Below are positions 8,881-17,480 of a stretch of DNA of 64,000 nucleotides, in pieces. Under the pieces are notes generated by a model. The model did no database searches, was not told where the DNA came from, and saw only the letters and a program-made list of their open reading frames with translations. The number at the start of each line of letters is the position of its first letter. Positions within the stretch are counted from its first letter, which is position 1. The stretch covers positions 5,537-69,536 of the forward strand of contig CAYVHO010000008.1 in assembly GCA_964451325.1 (NCBI GenBank), given 5' to 3'. This stretch comes from an uncultured Nitrospira sp. (GTDB lineage: Bacteria > Nitrospirota > Nitrospiria > SBBL01 > JAADHI01). A program made the translations under genes and the position numbers.

Positions 8881-10815
8881 TCATAGAAGACTTGTTGAGA
8901 AACGCAAAGCAAAGCGGATGTTGATTCCGGGGGCAGGAAATCCGATGGCTTCTTCGTAGCGCGTATCCAATAGATTGTCCACTGCAAGTAAAAAATTCCA
9001 ATTGGGTCTCCATGACCCGTTTACACTGATATCCACACGCGTGTAATCGTCTAAACTCAGATCCCCTGTCGGGATTGAAGAATCGTGTATCTTGCCCACA
9101 TAAAGAACGGCCAGATTGCTGGTGAGTGTTGGCCTGGCCTGCCAGGAGAGATTGAAGCCGCCTCGCCAAAGGGGGCGATTGCGTAGTACGTCCTCGCTGT
9201 TTTTGATTTCTGTTTTGTTATAACTCAAGTGACTCTTTGTTGAGAGGGTTTCATTGACCTGAAAGCTTAAGGCCATTTCACCACCTTTTATAGTGATTTC
9301 CGATTGGTTCACAAGCCGTGGCGGGGGCCCTTCGTCCAGGTCGATCAAATTAAAAAAACGGTTGTGAAAAAAGCTTCCACTTAAAACAAGGCGTTTTGAT
9401 TGGAAGCCCTGCACAAAACCTATTTCAAAGTTTTCAGAACTTTCCGGCACAAGTTGGGGATTGCCGACGATGGCATTGCCCAGGGCAAAAAAACTGGCCA
9501 GCTTGAAACCTTCACCCCAGCTTGTTTTTAGGGTCGTATCTGTTGCATCAATAAGGTAAGACGCAGCGAGGCGAGGGCTCCATTCGACATCAAAACCTTC
9601 GGGGTCATCGATGCGTAAGCTGCCTTCTATGCTGATTCCTTGTGGGCTCAGTACCTGCGTTTCCAAAAACCCTGAAGAAGTCGTGCGATTTATCTTATAG
9701 GCACTGGGTGTCGGAACACCTGAAAAGAAAATCATGTCGTCGCTTTCGCCGGACTCGTATTGTTGTTCTGCACCCACACTGATCTTGAGTGCGGTGTTGG
9801 GGGAAATTAAGGTGTTGATTAAAAAACGACTGCGGCGAAAGGTGGTGTCGCTGCGATTTTGGGGGATGCCAAAGGGATCACGGAGTCCTGCTGCAACACC
9901 GGGAGAGTCCAGTGTTTCACGACGGGCAAAAAAATCCGCCTGAATTTGATATTTCCAAGTGTGATTGAGTCGGTGCTCAAAGGCTGCGCCGCTGCGCCAT
10001 TCCGAGATCTCGCGCTGATCCGTCTTGCGCAAGACCGCAAAGTTTGGCCCCCCGCTGTCATCAGGAAAACTTTCCCGTTCTTGTGTTCCATAAAAAGATG
10101 TGAATTTTAGTTGAGTGTCTTTTGAAGGAGTGGCTGTGATTTTGCCTTGAATGTTTGTGCCTTTGAAGCGGCTACCCAAAATAGGCGACCCGTCATCGGC
10201 GTAAGAGAATTGTAGTGCATACGTCGCAGCGCGCAAGGGCCCGCGTACAGAAAATCGGCCCAGAACGTCTCCTTGTGTGCCGCCGCCCCATTCGGCAGAA
10301 CTTTGCAGCTTTTTTGTGCCGCCGCGTGTGATGATATTGATTACGCCGCCCATGCCGTCTGAGCCGTAAAGTGCAGAAAGTGGTCCGCGCACAATTTCGA
10401 TGCTTTCGATCTGCTCGGGGTCGAGCAGAGAAAAGTCAAAGGCCCCGCCACGACGACCCGTCGGGTCATTGACTTTAATGCCATCGATCATCACAACAGT
10501 GAAATTGGGATCTGCACCCCGCATATACACCGAACTGCCACCCCCTCGCCCGCCCCGCTGATCAATGTGCAATCCGGGAATGTGACGCAGGAGTTCAACC
10601 GTATTTGCCGCTTGTCGGGCCACGATATCTTCACGTGTCATCAGTGTGGTGCTTGAGGCGGTTCTGTCTAATGTTGAGGGGATGCGCGAGGCCGAAACGA
10701 CAATGGGTTCCAAAACAAGCACATCTTCTGCATCTTCTGCCCAAACGGTTTCATTTAATCGAAGAGAGAGGCATTCAAACAATAAGAAAAGACTCAGAAT
10801 ACGGACCGTTTTCAT
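8881..10815 (-). CDS. TonB-dependent outer-membrane receptor
   Basis: 644 aa. Signal peptide, TonB-box-like LVLEPIVVSASR, plug domain motifs (IEIVRGPLSALYGSDGMGGVINIIT) and a long beta-barrel region. Confidence 0.85.
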   Translation of the reverse strand: MKTVRILSLFLLFECLSLRLNETVWAEDAEDVLVLEPIVVSASRIPSTLDRTASSTTLMTREDIVARQAANTVELLRHIPGLHIDQRGGRGGGSSVYMRGADPNFTVVMIDGIKVNDPTGRRGGAFDFSLLDPEQIESIEIVRGPLSALYGSDGMGGVINIITRGGTKKLQSSAEWGGGTQGDVLGRFSVRGPLRAATYALQFSYADDGSPILGSRFKGTNIQGKITATPSKDTQLKFTSFYGTQERESFPDDSGGPNFAVLRKTDQREISEWRSGAAFEHRLNHTWKYQIQADFFARRETLDSPGVAAGLRDPFGIPQNRSDTTFRRSRFLINTLISPNTALKISVGAEQQYESGESDDMIFFSGVPTPSAYKINRTTSSGFLETQVLSPQGISIEGSLRIDDPEGFDVEWSPRLAASYLIDATDTTLKTSWGEGFKLASFFALGNAIVGNPQLVPESSENFEIGFVQGFQSKRLVLSGSFFHNRFFNLIDLDEGPPPRLVNQSEITIKGGEMALSFQVNETLSTKSHLSYNKTEIKNSEDVLRNRPLWRGGFNLSWQARPTLTSNLAVLYVGKIHDSSIPTGDLSLDDYTRVDISVNGSWRPNWNFLLAVDNLLDTRYEEAIGFPAPGINIRFALRFSTSLL

Positions 10816-11195
10816 TTTTTGGCCGAGGCTTTCTTCTTTTTTTTTACGGCCGCGCGCAAGGCCACGTCAAAGGCTTGTTCTGCCCAAGCGTGCATCTTGT
10901 GTTGATCCTCCAGACATGTTTCGGGTACCTGATAATAAGACATGGAGAATATTTTTCCTTTTTTGTCATAAATAAAGGGCTGCAAGTCCAAGTCTTGGAA
11001 GGATTTTTCCGTTTGAGTATCCACCTTGAAATAAAGTACTTCATCTGCCATCAGGGCAAACATCAGATCCTGAAAAAAAAGACCGTAACCTCCAAACATT
11101 TTTCTGGCTCGAACGGCTCCAAGGCCTTTAAGCAACTCAAGCACATGAGCAACAAAAGGGCTTTCATGGTTTTTTTGAATGATGTTCTGGTTCAT
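10812..11195 (-). CDS. TfoX N-terminal domain protein
   Basis: 127 aa. ARKMFGGYGLFFQDLMFALMADEVLYFKVD matches the TfoX_N signature. No C-terminal TfoX domain. The stop overlaps the receptor start (ATGA). Confidence 0.75.
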   Translation of the reverse strand: MNQNIIQKNHESPFVAHVLELLKGLGAVRARKMFGGYGLFFQDLMFALMADEVLYFKVDTQTEKSFQDLDLQPFIYDKKGKIFSMSYYQVPETCLEDQHKMHAWAEQAFDVALRAAVKKKKKASAKK

Positions 11196-11246
11196 ATTCC
11201 AATACCCTCTTTATCTACTGAAATAATGGGTGATTTTATTGCCAAA

Positions 11247-12578
11247 TCAATCCGCTTGATTCCCAACAGCCGCAAGGGCTTTTTTAACATCCACCTTGAG
11301 TAGAAGCAACAAACCCGCAATAAAAAAGACGAGCAATGAAAGCAAGGCAATGCGGTAGTTCCCGGTAAATTGCAGGGCCAAACCAAAAAGCAGGGGCCCG
11401 ATCCAGCTGGTTCCGCGTTCACTGATTTCGTATAGACTGAAATACTCGGCTTCCTGTCCTTTGGGAATCATCAAAGAAAACAGGGCACGACTGAGGGCCT
11501 GACTCCCCCCCAAGACCATCCCAATCACAGCCGCCATCACAAAAAACTGCGCCTCGGTTTTAAGCCAGGCATAAGCGTAGATTAATGTTCCACTCCAAAT
11601 GACTAAACTCAGGAGGATGGCTTTTTTTGTTGTGATCGCATAAGCGATGCGCTCAAACAAGAGTGAACCAAAAAATGCAACAAATTGCACCATCAGAATG
11701 ACGGTGGTGAGTGTTGAAATGGACAAACCCAAGGCCTCTTGGCCAAATTGTGAAGAAAGCGCAATGACGGTTTGAATCCCGTCGTTGTAAATCAGATAGG
11801 CTGCAAGAAAAAGAAAGGTTTGTGGATATTTCCGAACATCGGACAAAGTCCGACGCAGTTGTTTAAAACCCGTGCTCAAATAGTGCTCCCCTTTGGGTCG
11901 CACTTTCCTGTGCTGACGATTGCGTAAAGTTGCAAGCGGGATGAGTGTAAAGATCGCCCACCAGAGTCCTGCTGAGCCGAGACAGATGCGGACGGCATCT
12001 GTGGTGGAAAGTCCGAACTGCTCCGCTTTGGAAAAGAGAAACAAATTCATCGCCAAGAGCAGACCGCCGCCCAAGTACCCTGTGGCCCAACCCCGTGAAG
12101 AGACCTTGTTTCGGTCTTCAGTCGCAGCAATTTCAGGCAAAAAAGCATTGTAAAAAACAATCGAGGCCCCAAAGCTTAAATTGGCGATGAGGAAAAGCAG
12201 ACCGCCGAAGAGATAGCGCTGTCCTTCTAAAAAATACAGGCCCATCGTCGCAAAGGCTCCGATGTAAGCAAAGAGACCCAAGAGACGTTTTTTAGACTGT
12301 GTAAAATCCGCAATGGCACCGAGTAAAGGCAGGGTAAACACCTGGAGCAAAACAGAAAGCGAAACCAGATAAGGGAAAAAAGACCCTGCCTTGATGGCAA
12401 ATCCAAAAGGATGCACAAAACCCTCAAGATCCGCAGCGGCTTTTGTAATGGAGGTCAGATAAGGTCCCAGAAAAACGGTGACGACCGTGGTTGCAAAAGC
12501 AGAGTTCGCCCAGTCATAACAATACCAACCCAATATTTCTCTACGACGGGATATCTCAGGTAATAAAGTCGGGCGCAT
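11247..12578 (-). CDS. MFS transporter, UMF1 (Atg22-like) family
   Basis: About 12 TM segments. N-terminal GWYCYDWANSAF is typical of UMF1. Start is ambiguous: TTG 12596 in the track, ATG 12578 chosen here. Confidence 0.75.
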   Translation of the reverse strand: MRPTLLPEISRRREILGWYCYDWANSAFATTVVTVFLGPYLTSITKAAADLEGFVHPFGFAIKAGSFFPYLVSLSVLLQVFTLPLLGAIADFTQSKKRLLGLFAYIGAFATMGLYFLEGQRYLFGGLLFLIANLSFGASIVFYNAFLPEIAATEDRNKVSSRGWATGYLGGGLLLAMNLFLFSKAEQFGLSTTDAVRICLGSAGLWWAIFTLIPLATLRNRQHRKVRPKGEHYLSTGFKQLRRTLSDVRKYPQTFLFLAAYLIYNDGIQTVIALSSQFGQEALGLSISTLTTVILMVQFVAFFGSLLFERIAYAITTKKAILLSLVIWSGTLIYAYAWLKTEAQFFVMAAVIGMVLGGSQALSRALFSLMIPKGQEAEYFSLYEISERGTSWIGPLLFGLALQFTGNYRIALLSLLVFFIAGLLLLLKVDVKKALAAVGNQAD

Positions 12579-12885
12579 TTTCACAGCGGTTTCCAAAGAA
12601 AAGTCTGGTTTTTATAACAGACTTTGACCTGGAAATATAATCTGTTTTCAGAAGGGTTTTTTAGGAGAAAGGATTACAAACGTCCAAGCCGGTCGAAAGA
12701 CAAGGCTCGAGTCGATTTTTAGATTGAAGCGTACTGACGCGTACGGTGAAGAGAAAAACCGAGGAGAACGCAGTATTTCGACTGGATCGGGCGTTTGAGA
12801 CAAATGTCCGGGTTCAACAAGGTCTTCGCCCTAGGGGGATAGGGAGGTCGGGAGAACCGGAAGAAGACCTTGCTGAACACCGGAA

Positions 12886-14958
12886 CTACATCGTTCTGAT
12901 CTTTACAATATTTACGGCACGCATTGTTTTTAAAATACCCTTTTTGAGTAAGATCAATAACAGGAATCCCATCAGGGTCAACATGCCTGCAGCATCTCCG
13001 GGTGTGGGGGGGGCACCCCCACCATTTCCCGGACGAATGATGCCGCAACCTCCGCCACCACTGGATGCCCCTCCAGAGTCGTCAGTATCACTGTTGGCTG
13101 CGGCCAACGTCTTCGCCGAGGCAAAAACGGTGTTTTGGAAATTACCACTCGCGTCATATGATGCAGCGAGGTAATAATAGGTTAGGCCTTCGGAAAGCCC
13201 CGTATGCGTGACTTCCATTGTTTCACCTGGATTACCGCTGATATCTCCGAAGAGTTCCCCATCGTTGATCCCACTGGGGAAATCATTGGTTTTGAAGCGG
13301 ATACGCACACCACTAAAATCGCTGTCTGAAGGATTTGTCCACCCCAGGATCACTTTTTGAGTGCTCCCGTTGGCGACAAAGCTGTCTACATCTGCCGGAG
13401 CCACTGTGTCGGCCGTGTCTGAGGCCACGGTTTGAAAGCTGTCGTCATTTGAGGCCGAAAGATTCCCAGCCGAATCCTTGCTCTTTACCCTAAAATGATA
13501 GGTGCTTCCCGCCGAAAGCCCGGTGATAATCTGCTGATGACTCATCAAAAGGCTTTCATTTTTTGTGGTACTGGAACCATAAGTATCGCTCAGACCAAAA
13601 TCGACCTGTGATGTCGCGGGCTCATCTGTCGTCCAGCTCAATGTCGCACTGCCGGTCGTAATACTTTGGGCGAGAACACTCGAAATCACAGGGCCTGTCG
13701 TATCAGCACTCGCGCCAGCGCTTGTAAAGCTGCCGTTACCTGAGGTGCTGCTGTTATCCGCAGCATCTTTACTGATGACACGATAATGATAAACGGTCGA
13801 TGGGCTCAATCCCGACAAACCCCGGCTGTGGCTGCTCACCAAGCTGCTATTTAAGCTTGAGAAAGTCCCATAGCTGATTGTTGTGCCATACTCAACTTGG
13901 GAGCTTGCGGCTTCATCGGTACTCCAAGTGACCGTCGCGCCACTGGTGCTAATATTGCTGACGTCAATACTTGAAATCACAGGGCCGCTGGTATCACCCG
14001 GTGATGCCGTTGTTGTGAAGCTGTTGTTTCCAGAAGTTGCAAGATTGCTGGCCGCATCTTTGCTAAGCACCCTAAAGTGATAGGTGGTGCCAGCGGACAA
14101 GCCTGAGATGTTTTGGCTGTGTGCGGTCACAAGGCTGCTGTTCAAAGGGGTGAAATTGCCATACGAAGTCGTCGTGCCATATTCAATCCGGCTGTCCGCA
14201 GCTTCACTCGTTGTCCACGTAATCTTTGCAGCACTTGTCGTCAAATTCCCGCTCGCAATGCCCGAAATAGAGGGGGCAGTGGTATCTGGGCCCGCAATGG
14301 TCGTAAACGTGTTATTCCCTGATGTCGTAAGGTTTCCCGCGGCATCACGGCTTAAAACACGATAATGATACAAAGTCAGTTCATTAAGGCCTGTGAGCGT
14401 CCCACTGTGGGATGTCACCATTGATGTGTTAAGCGAGGTCGATGAACCATAGGCCGTACTCGTGCCATATTCGATTTGTGTATCTGCGGCCTCGTTTGTC
14501 GTCCATGAAATCGTTGCGCCATCATCCGAAATACTCGTGGCAGAAATCGCCGAAACGACAGGAGGCGTTGTATCTGCATTTGCAAATATTTTGCTGACTT
14601 CGGTCGAAAATCCACTTTCGTTATCTGAAGTATCGGATGCTGTCACCGCAAAATAATAGGTTCCAGTGCTTAGACCTGTAACGGTGTAGCCCGTTACATT
14701 TCCAACATTGATGGGCGTCCCGTAGTTTCCGGAAGATGTGCCAAAATAGACCTTATAACTCGCAAGGTCAGGTTCGGTATTTGCGTCCCAAGACAAAATG
14801 GCGCTGGCCGCAAAGACATTGGCATTCAAAACAAATAAAAAAATAAGAAATATGCTTTGTAAGAGGAAAAAACTTTTCCATACAGAAAAAAAACCATAAC
14901 TAGAATTATGACGAGAATGAGACCGTAATTTTAATTGTGTCAATAAAATTGCTTTCAT
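12886..14958 (-). CDS. Secreted/cell-surface protein with six fibronectin type III-like domains and a C-terminal membrane-anchor/sorting-like tail
   Basis: 690 aa. Strong RBS (GGAGGAGG) and a hydrophobic N-terminus ending VFAASA. Repeated W..TNEAAD..EYG....Y........H...L.GL...T.Y.YRV.S.D..GN modules. C-terminus is a Gly-rich stretch with Cys, then a hydrophobic helix and KK. Confidence 0.8.
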   Translation of the reverse strand: MKAILLTQLKLRSHSRHNSSYGFFSVWKSFFLLQSIFLIFLFVLNANVFAASAILSWDANTEPDLASYKVYFGTSSGNYGTPINVGNVTGYTVTGLSTGTYYFAVTASDTSDNESGFSTEVSKIFANADTTPPVVSAISATSISDDGATISWTTNEAADTQIEYGTSTAYGSSTSLNTSMVTSHSGTLTGLNELTLYHYRVLSRDAAGNLTTSGNNTFTTIAGPDTTAPSISGIASGNLTTSAAKITWTTSEAADSRIEYGTTTSYGNFTPLNSSLVTAHSQNISGLSAGTTYHFRVLSKDAASNLATSGNNSFTTTASPGDTSGPVISSIDVSNISTSGATVTWSTDEAASSQVEYGTTISYGTFSSLNSSLVSSHSRGLSGLSPSTVYHYRVISKDAADNSSTSGNGSFTSAGASADTTGPVISSVLAQSITTGSATLSWTTDEPATSQVDFGLSDTYGSSTTKNESLLMSHQQIITGLSAGSTYHFRVKSKDSAGNLSASNDDSFQTVASDTADTVAPADVDSFVANGSTQKVILGWTNPSDSDFSGVRIRFKTNDFPSGINDGELFGDISGNPGETMEVTHTGLSEGLTYYYLAASYDASGNFQNTVFASAKTLAAANSDTDDSGGASSGGGGCGIIRPGNGGGAPPTPGDAAGMLTLMGFLLLILLKKGILKTMRAVNIVKIRTM
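13419..14574 (-). repeat. Four tandem, diverged ~96-codon coding repeats (Fn3-like modules)
   Basis: Each unit starts DT[TS][PAG]P and ends F[TQ][TS]. The units are aligned by eye in the translation. Boundaries are approximate. Confidence 0.7.
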
Positions 14959-15065
14959 AAACCTCCTCCATGCTCAAAAGACCGCTAAGGAGTCCTTTGG
15001 CGGCTCGGCGGACATGGAAGAAGTCTGCATGGACAGAACAAGCAGCGCTCTGAGAAAAACGTCTC

Positions 15066-15155
15066 AAAAAAACACAGACTTAATTGTTCTGCCGTCGATT
15101 CTTCTGTAGCCCCGTTACTCTGCGTCCCCAGCTTTCGATGGGTTTGCTCTGTGCA
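15066..15155 (-). promoter_or_regulatory. Candidate c-di-GMP-I (GEMM-I) riboswitch in the leader of the Fn3 surface-protein gene
   Basis: Minus-strand RNA reads GCACAGAGCAAACCCAUCGAAAGCUGGGGACGCAGAGUAACGGGGCUACAG...UCUGUGUUUUUUU. The GCAAA-hairpin(GAAA loop)-GGGACGCA(A/G)AG core resembles the GEMM-I 5' half, and UAACGGGGCUAC resembles the 3' UAGCGGGGUUACC segment of the Vibrio Vc2 aptamer. I could not fold the second hairpin convincingly. Confidence 0.45.
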
Positions 15156-15193
15156 AAGGGTTTAGTGCGGATTTCGTTTGGGATGGGGGTAAC

Positions 15194-15208
15194 GCAAGCG
15201 TGGTGCCT
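15194..15208 (-). promoter_or_regulatory. Candidate sigma54 (-24/-12) promoter upstream of the riboswitch-like leader
   Basis: Minus strand reads AGGCAC-CACGC-TTGC, giving GG-N10-GC spacing. It deviates from TGGCAC at the first base. It lies ~40 nt upstream of the GEMM-like core. Confidence 0.35.
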
Positions 15209-15595
15209 AATATTCAGCGTAAGGTCTAAAAAGGCTTCTCAAGCCTTAATTTAAGGGACTTAAATAGAATTAACACTATTATTATGGAAATTTTACGGAC
15301 TTAATTGAGGGAAGTGGAGGGATCTGAATGGCTGAAGATTAGGTTGTTATTCCTGTTTTATGGAATTTACTACCGAGTAAATATGAAAGATATTCCCCAA
15401 AACATCAGTTTAAGGACAAGAGAAACACATAAAAACTCAGAACAGCATTATGAAGACAAAAAACGAGATCGGGGTATTTGAAGCCCTGAAAGAAAGTTAA
15501 TTATTCTATCTGCTTTGTATTATTTTATACCTCCTTCATTAAAAAAAGAATATAGTGGTGCAAGCATTTTTCAAGCGAGCGTAGTAAAGGAACGC

Positions 15596-15838
15596 ATGGA
15601 CAAAGAACAAGGGAACAACCCCCTGCACGGCATTACCTTGGAGGTGATTGTGAATTGGCTTCGGAACTATTACGGTTGGGATGCCTTAGCACAACGCATC
15701 AAAATCCGCTGTTTCAGTCATGACCCTTCCGTGAAGTCCAGCCTGAAATTTTTAAGGAAAACTGCCTGGGCAAGAAAAAAAGTCGAAGATTTATACATCA
15801 GCACACAGAAAGATATTAAAGAATCCCCCTACAGCTAA
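15596..15838 (+). CDS. DUF2132 (VF530-like) small protein
   Basis: [60 protein letters not shown] matches my memory of the DUF2132 family. ATG 15596 with an AAGGA RBS is preferred over the TTG at 15515. Confidence 0.7.
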   Translation: MDKEQGNNPLHGITLEVIVNWLRNYYGWDALAQRIKIRCFSHDPSVKSSLKFLRKTAWARKKVEDLYISTQKDIKESPYS

Positions 15839-15901
15839 AAACGAGGGGAGAACAAGCACTCAGGCTTGATCTGTGTTATTCGGATATTATGAGGTCTTAT
15901 T

Positions 15902-16372
15902 TTGTTGCATATTTTTGTTGATGCGGATGCCTGCCCGGTCAAAAAAGAAGTCTACCGTGTTGCAAGTCGATGCCAGCTTCATCTCACCTTGGTTGCAAAT
16001 GCTTGGATGCGGATTCCAGATGACAAAAGCGTGGTGCTCAAAGTCGTTGGAAACGCATTTGATGCCGCCGATGATTGGATTGTGGAAAACCTGGAAGCGC
16101 ACGATATCGTGATTACGGCCGATATCCCACTTGCAAGCCGCTGCTTAAAAGGGGGCGCACACGTCATCGGCCCCACAGGAAAACCCTTTACAGAAGACAA
16201 TATCGGTGACACCCTCGCAACACGTGATCTGATGTCACAACTCCGTGAATCAGGAGAAGTAACGCGCGGGCCAGCTCCGCTGACAAAGCGTGACCGATCC
16301 CGCTTTCTTCAAGAGCTTGATCAAGTGATTCAGTATATCCGGCGGCATTATCCTGAGGATACTGGGGCCTAA
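15902..16372 (+). CDS. YaiI/YqxD family protein (UPF0178/DUF188)
   Basis: The N-terminus IFVDADACPVKKEVYRVA is characteristic. 156 aa. TTG start as in the track. Confidence 0.75.
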   Translation: MLHIFVDADACPVKKEVYRVASRCQLHLTLVANAWMRIPDDKSVVLKVVGNAFDAADDWIVENLEAHDIVITADIPLASRCLKGGAHVIGPTGKPFTEDNIGDTLATRDLMSQLRESGEVTRGPAPLTKRDRSRFLQELDQVIQYIRRHYPEDTGA

Positions 16373-16393
16373 TTCACTCGAAAACACGCAGAC

Positions 16394-17146
16394 TCAAAGC
16401 TTTAATAAAGCTGCAATCAAACCAATCAAGCCACCAAAAACACCGCCCCAGACGACCAGCCAGCCCAAGTGTTTTTTAATCATTTCTTGAATAATTTCTT
16501 TTACGATCTGAGGCGTCAATTCATCCAGACGTTTTTCGATGATCTCTTCGATTTGACCTTTGATGTTGGCCAGGACATCGGGTTGTTCCAACTGCTTGCG
16601 TAAATTCGCGATAAAAACTTCGTCCTCTGTCATCCGAATCAGCGATTTTTTCATGGTTTTAATAAAAGGTTCTTTAAGGGGTTTAAGGGCGGCTTCTCCA
16701 CCGACAAAACTGAGCATGTTGCCAAAAGAAGATTCTTTAATCACCGTGACAAAAGCATCAAAAGCTGGTGAAAGATCGACTTTTTCGATTACCGGGGCCA
16801 AGTGTAGTTTGGCTTGCATGCCATTTCCACCACTTAAAAACCGGTCAATGTTTTCATCGGTGAAAAATTGAGACATCATCAGGTGTCGAATCCCTGATTT
16901 GAATTCTTCAAATCGTGCGGGAATGACCCCAGAGCCATAAAATCCAGGGACCTTTTCAAACAACATATGAATCGCAATCCAATTGGTCAAAGCCCCCGCC
17001 ATGGCAAAGAGACCAATATTCAGAATGAGATCCTGTTGTAAGGCATATCCCGCCAAAAATAAGAGTGAGGCCAGTAGGTTTGTGAGCAGACTTTTATTCA
17101 CACCGTTCTCCCTAATGAAGTTCCAACAACTGAGCCAATCCGACAA
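16394..17146 (-). CDS. DUF445-like membrane protein
   Basis: 250 aa. N- and C-terminal TM segments flank a soluble region with MLFEKVPGFYGSGVIPARFEEF. Family assignment is from memory and the TTG start is uncertain. Confidence 0.6.
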   Translation of the reverse strand: MSDWLSCWNFIRENGVNKSLLTNLLASLLFLAGYALQQDLILNIGLFAMAGALTNWIAIHMLFEKVPGFYGSGVIPARFEEFKSGIRHLMMSQFFTDENIDRFLSGGNGMQAKLHLAPVIEKVDLSPAFDAFVTVIKESSFGNMLSFVGGEAALKPLKEPFIKTMKKSLIRMTEDEVFIANLRKQLEQPDVLANIKGQIEEIIEKRLDELTPQIVKEIIQEMIKKHLGWLVVWGGVFGGLIGLIAALLKL

Positions 17147-17182
17147 TAAACAGAACGTTCGTCTTAGAAATATCGCCTGAAG

Positions 17183-17259
17183 TGGTGCGCCCGACAGGAA
17201 TTGAACCTGTAACCTACGGCTTAGAAGGCCGTTGCTCTATCCAATTGAGCTACGGGCGC
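17183..17259 (-). tRNA. tRNA-Arg (anticodon UCU)
   Basis: The reverse complement GCGCCCGTAGCTCAATTGGATAGAGCAACGGCCTTCTAAGCCGTAGGTTACAGGTTCAATTCCTGTCGGGCGCACCA folds as a cloverleaf. Anticodon loop CTTCTAA. CCA is encoded. Confidence 0.95.
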
Positions 17260-17413
17260 ATATCTTGGGGCTGTCTTTTGGTTTTTTGAAGTGGATTATT
17301 GTAGCCAAGTCAGGATCACAAGGCAAGATGGGATTTTTGAAATTGCCGATTCGTCTAAAGGATTGCATTTTCTGAGAAGATTTAAGGGTCGGTCTTGATG
17401 CACTGCCCGATTC

Positions 17414-17443
17414 TTGACAGATTTTTTGAGCTTCTGTTAGGAT
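17414..17443 (+). promoter_or_regulatory. Candidate sigma70 promoter for the M16 peptidase operon
   Basis: TTGACA-N18-TAGGAT, ~38 nt upstream of the ATG at 17481. Confidence 0.35.
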
Positions 17444-17480
17444 GCAAATCTGACTTTATTTTGGAATCGAAACAAATTCA

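Noticed and set aside
10605-11303. 232-aa plus-strand ORF spanning the TonB-receptor start, the TfoX_N gene and the MFS end
   Set aside because: It is antisense to three well-supported minus-strand genes. Its composition is low-complexity, it has no motif or RBS, and it crosses intergenic gaps. It is a typical shadow ORF.
13419-14574. The periodic ~290-bp repeats considered as a possible CRISPR or other non-coding array
   Set aside because: The repeats are far longer than CRISPR repeats, have no unique spacers, and lie in one continuous reading frame encoding Fn3-like modules.
15214-15245. Short hairpin AAGGCTT-CTC-AAGCCTT upstream of the riboswitch-like leader
   Set aside because: The 7-bp stem has only a weak T-run on the minus strand, and no upstream minus-strand gene needs terminating. 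It may be incidental or part of the promoter region.
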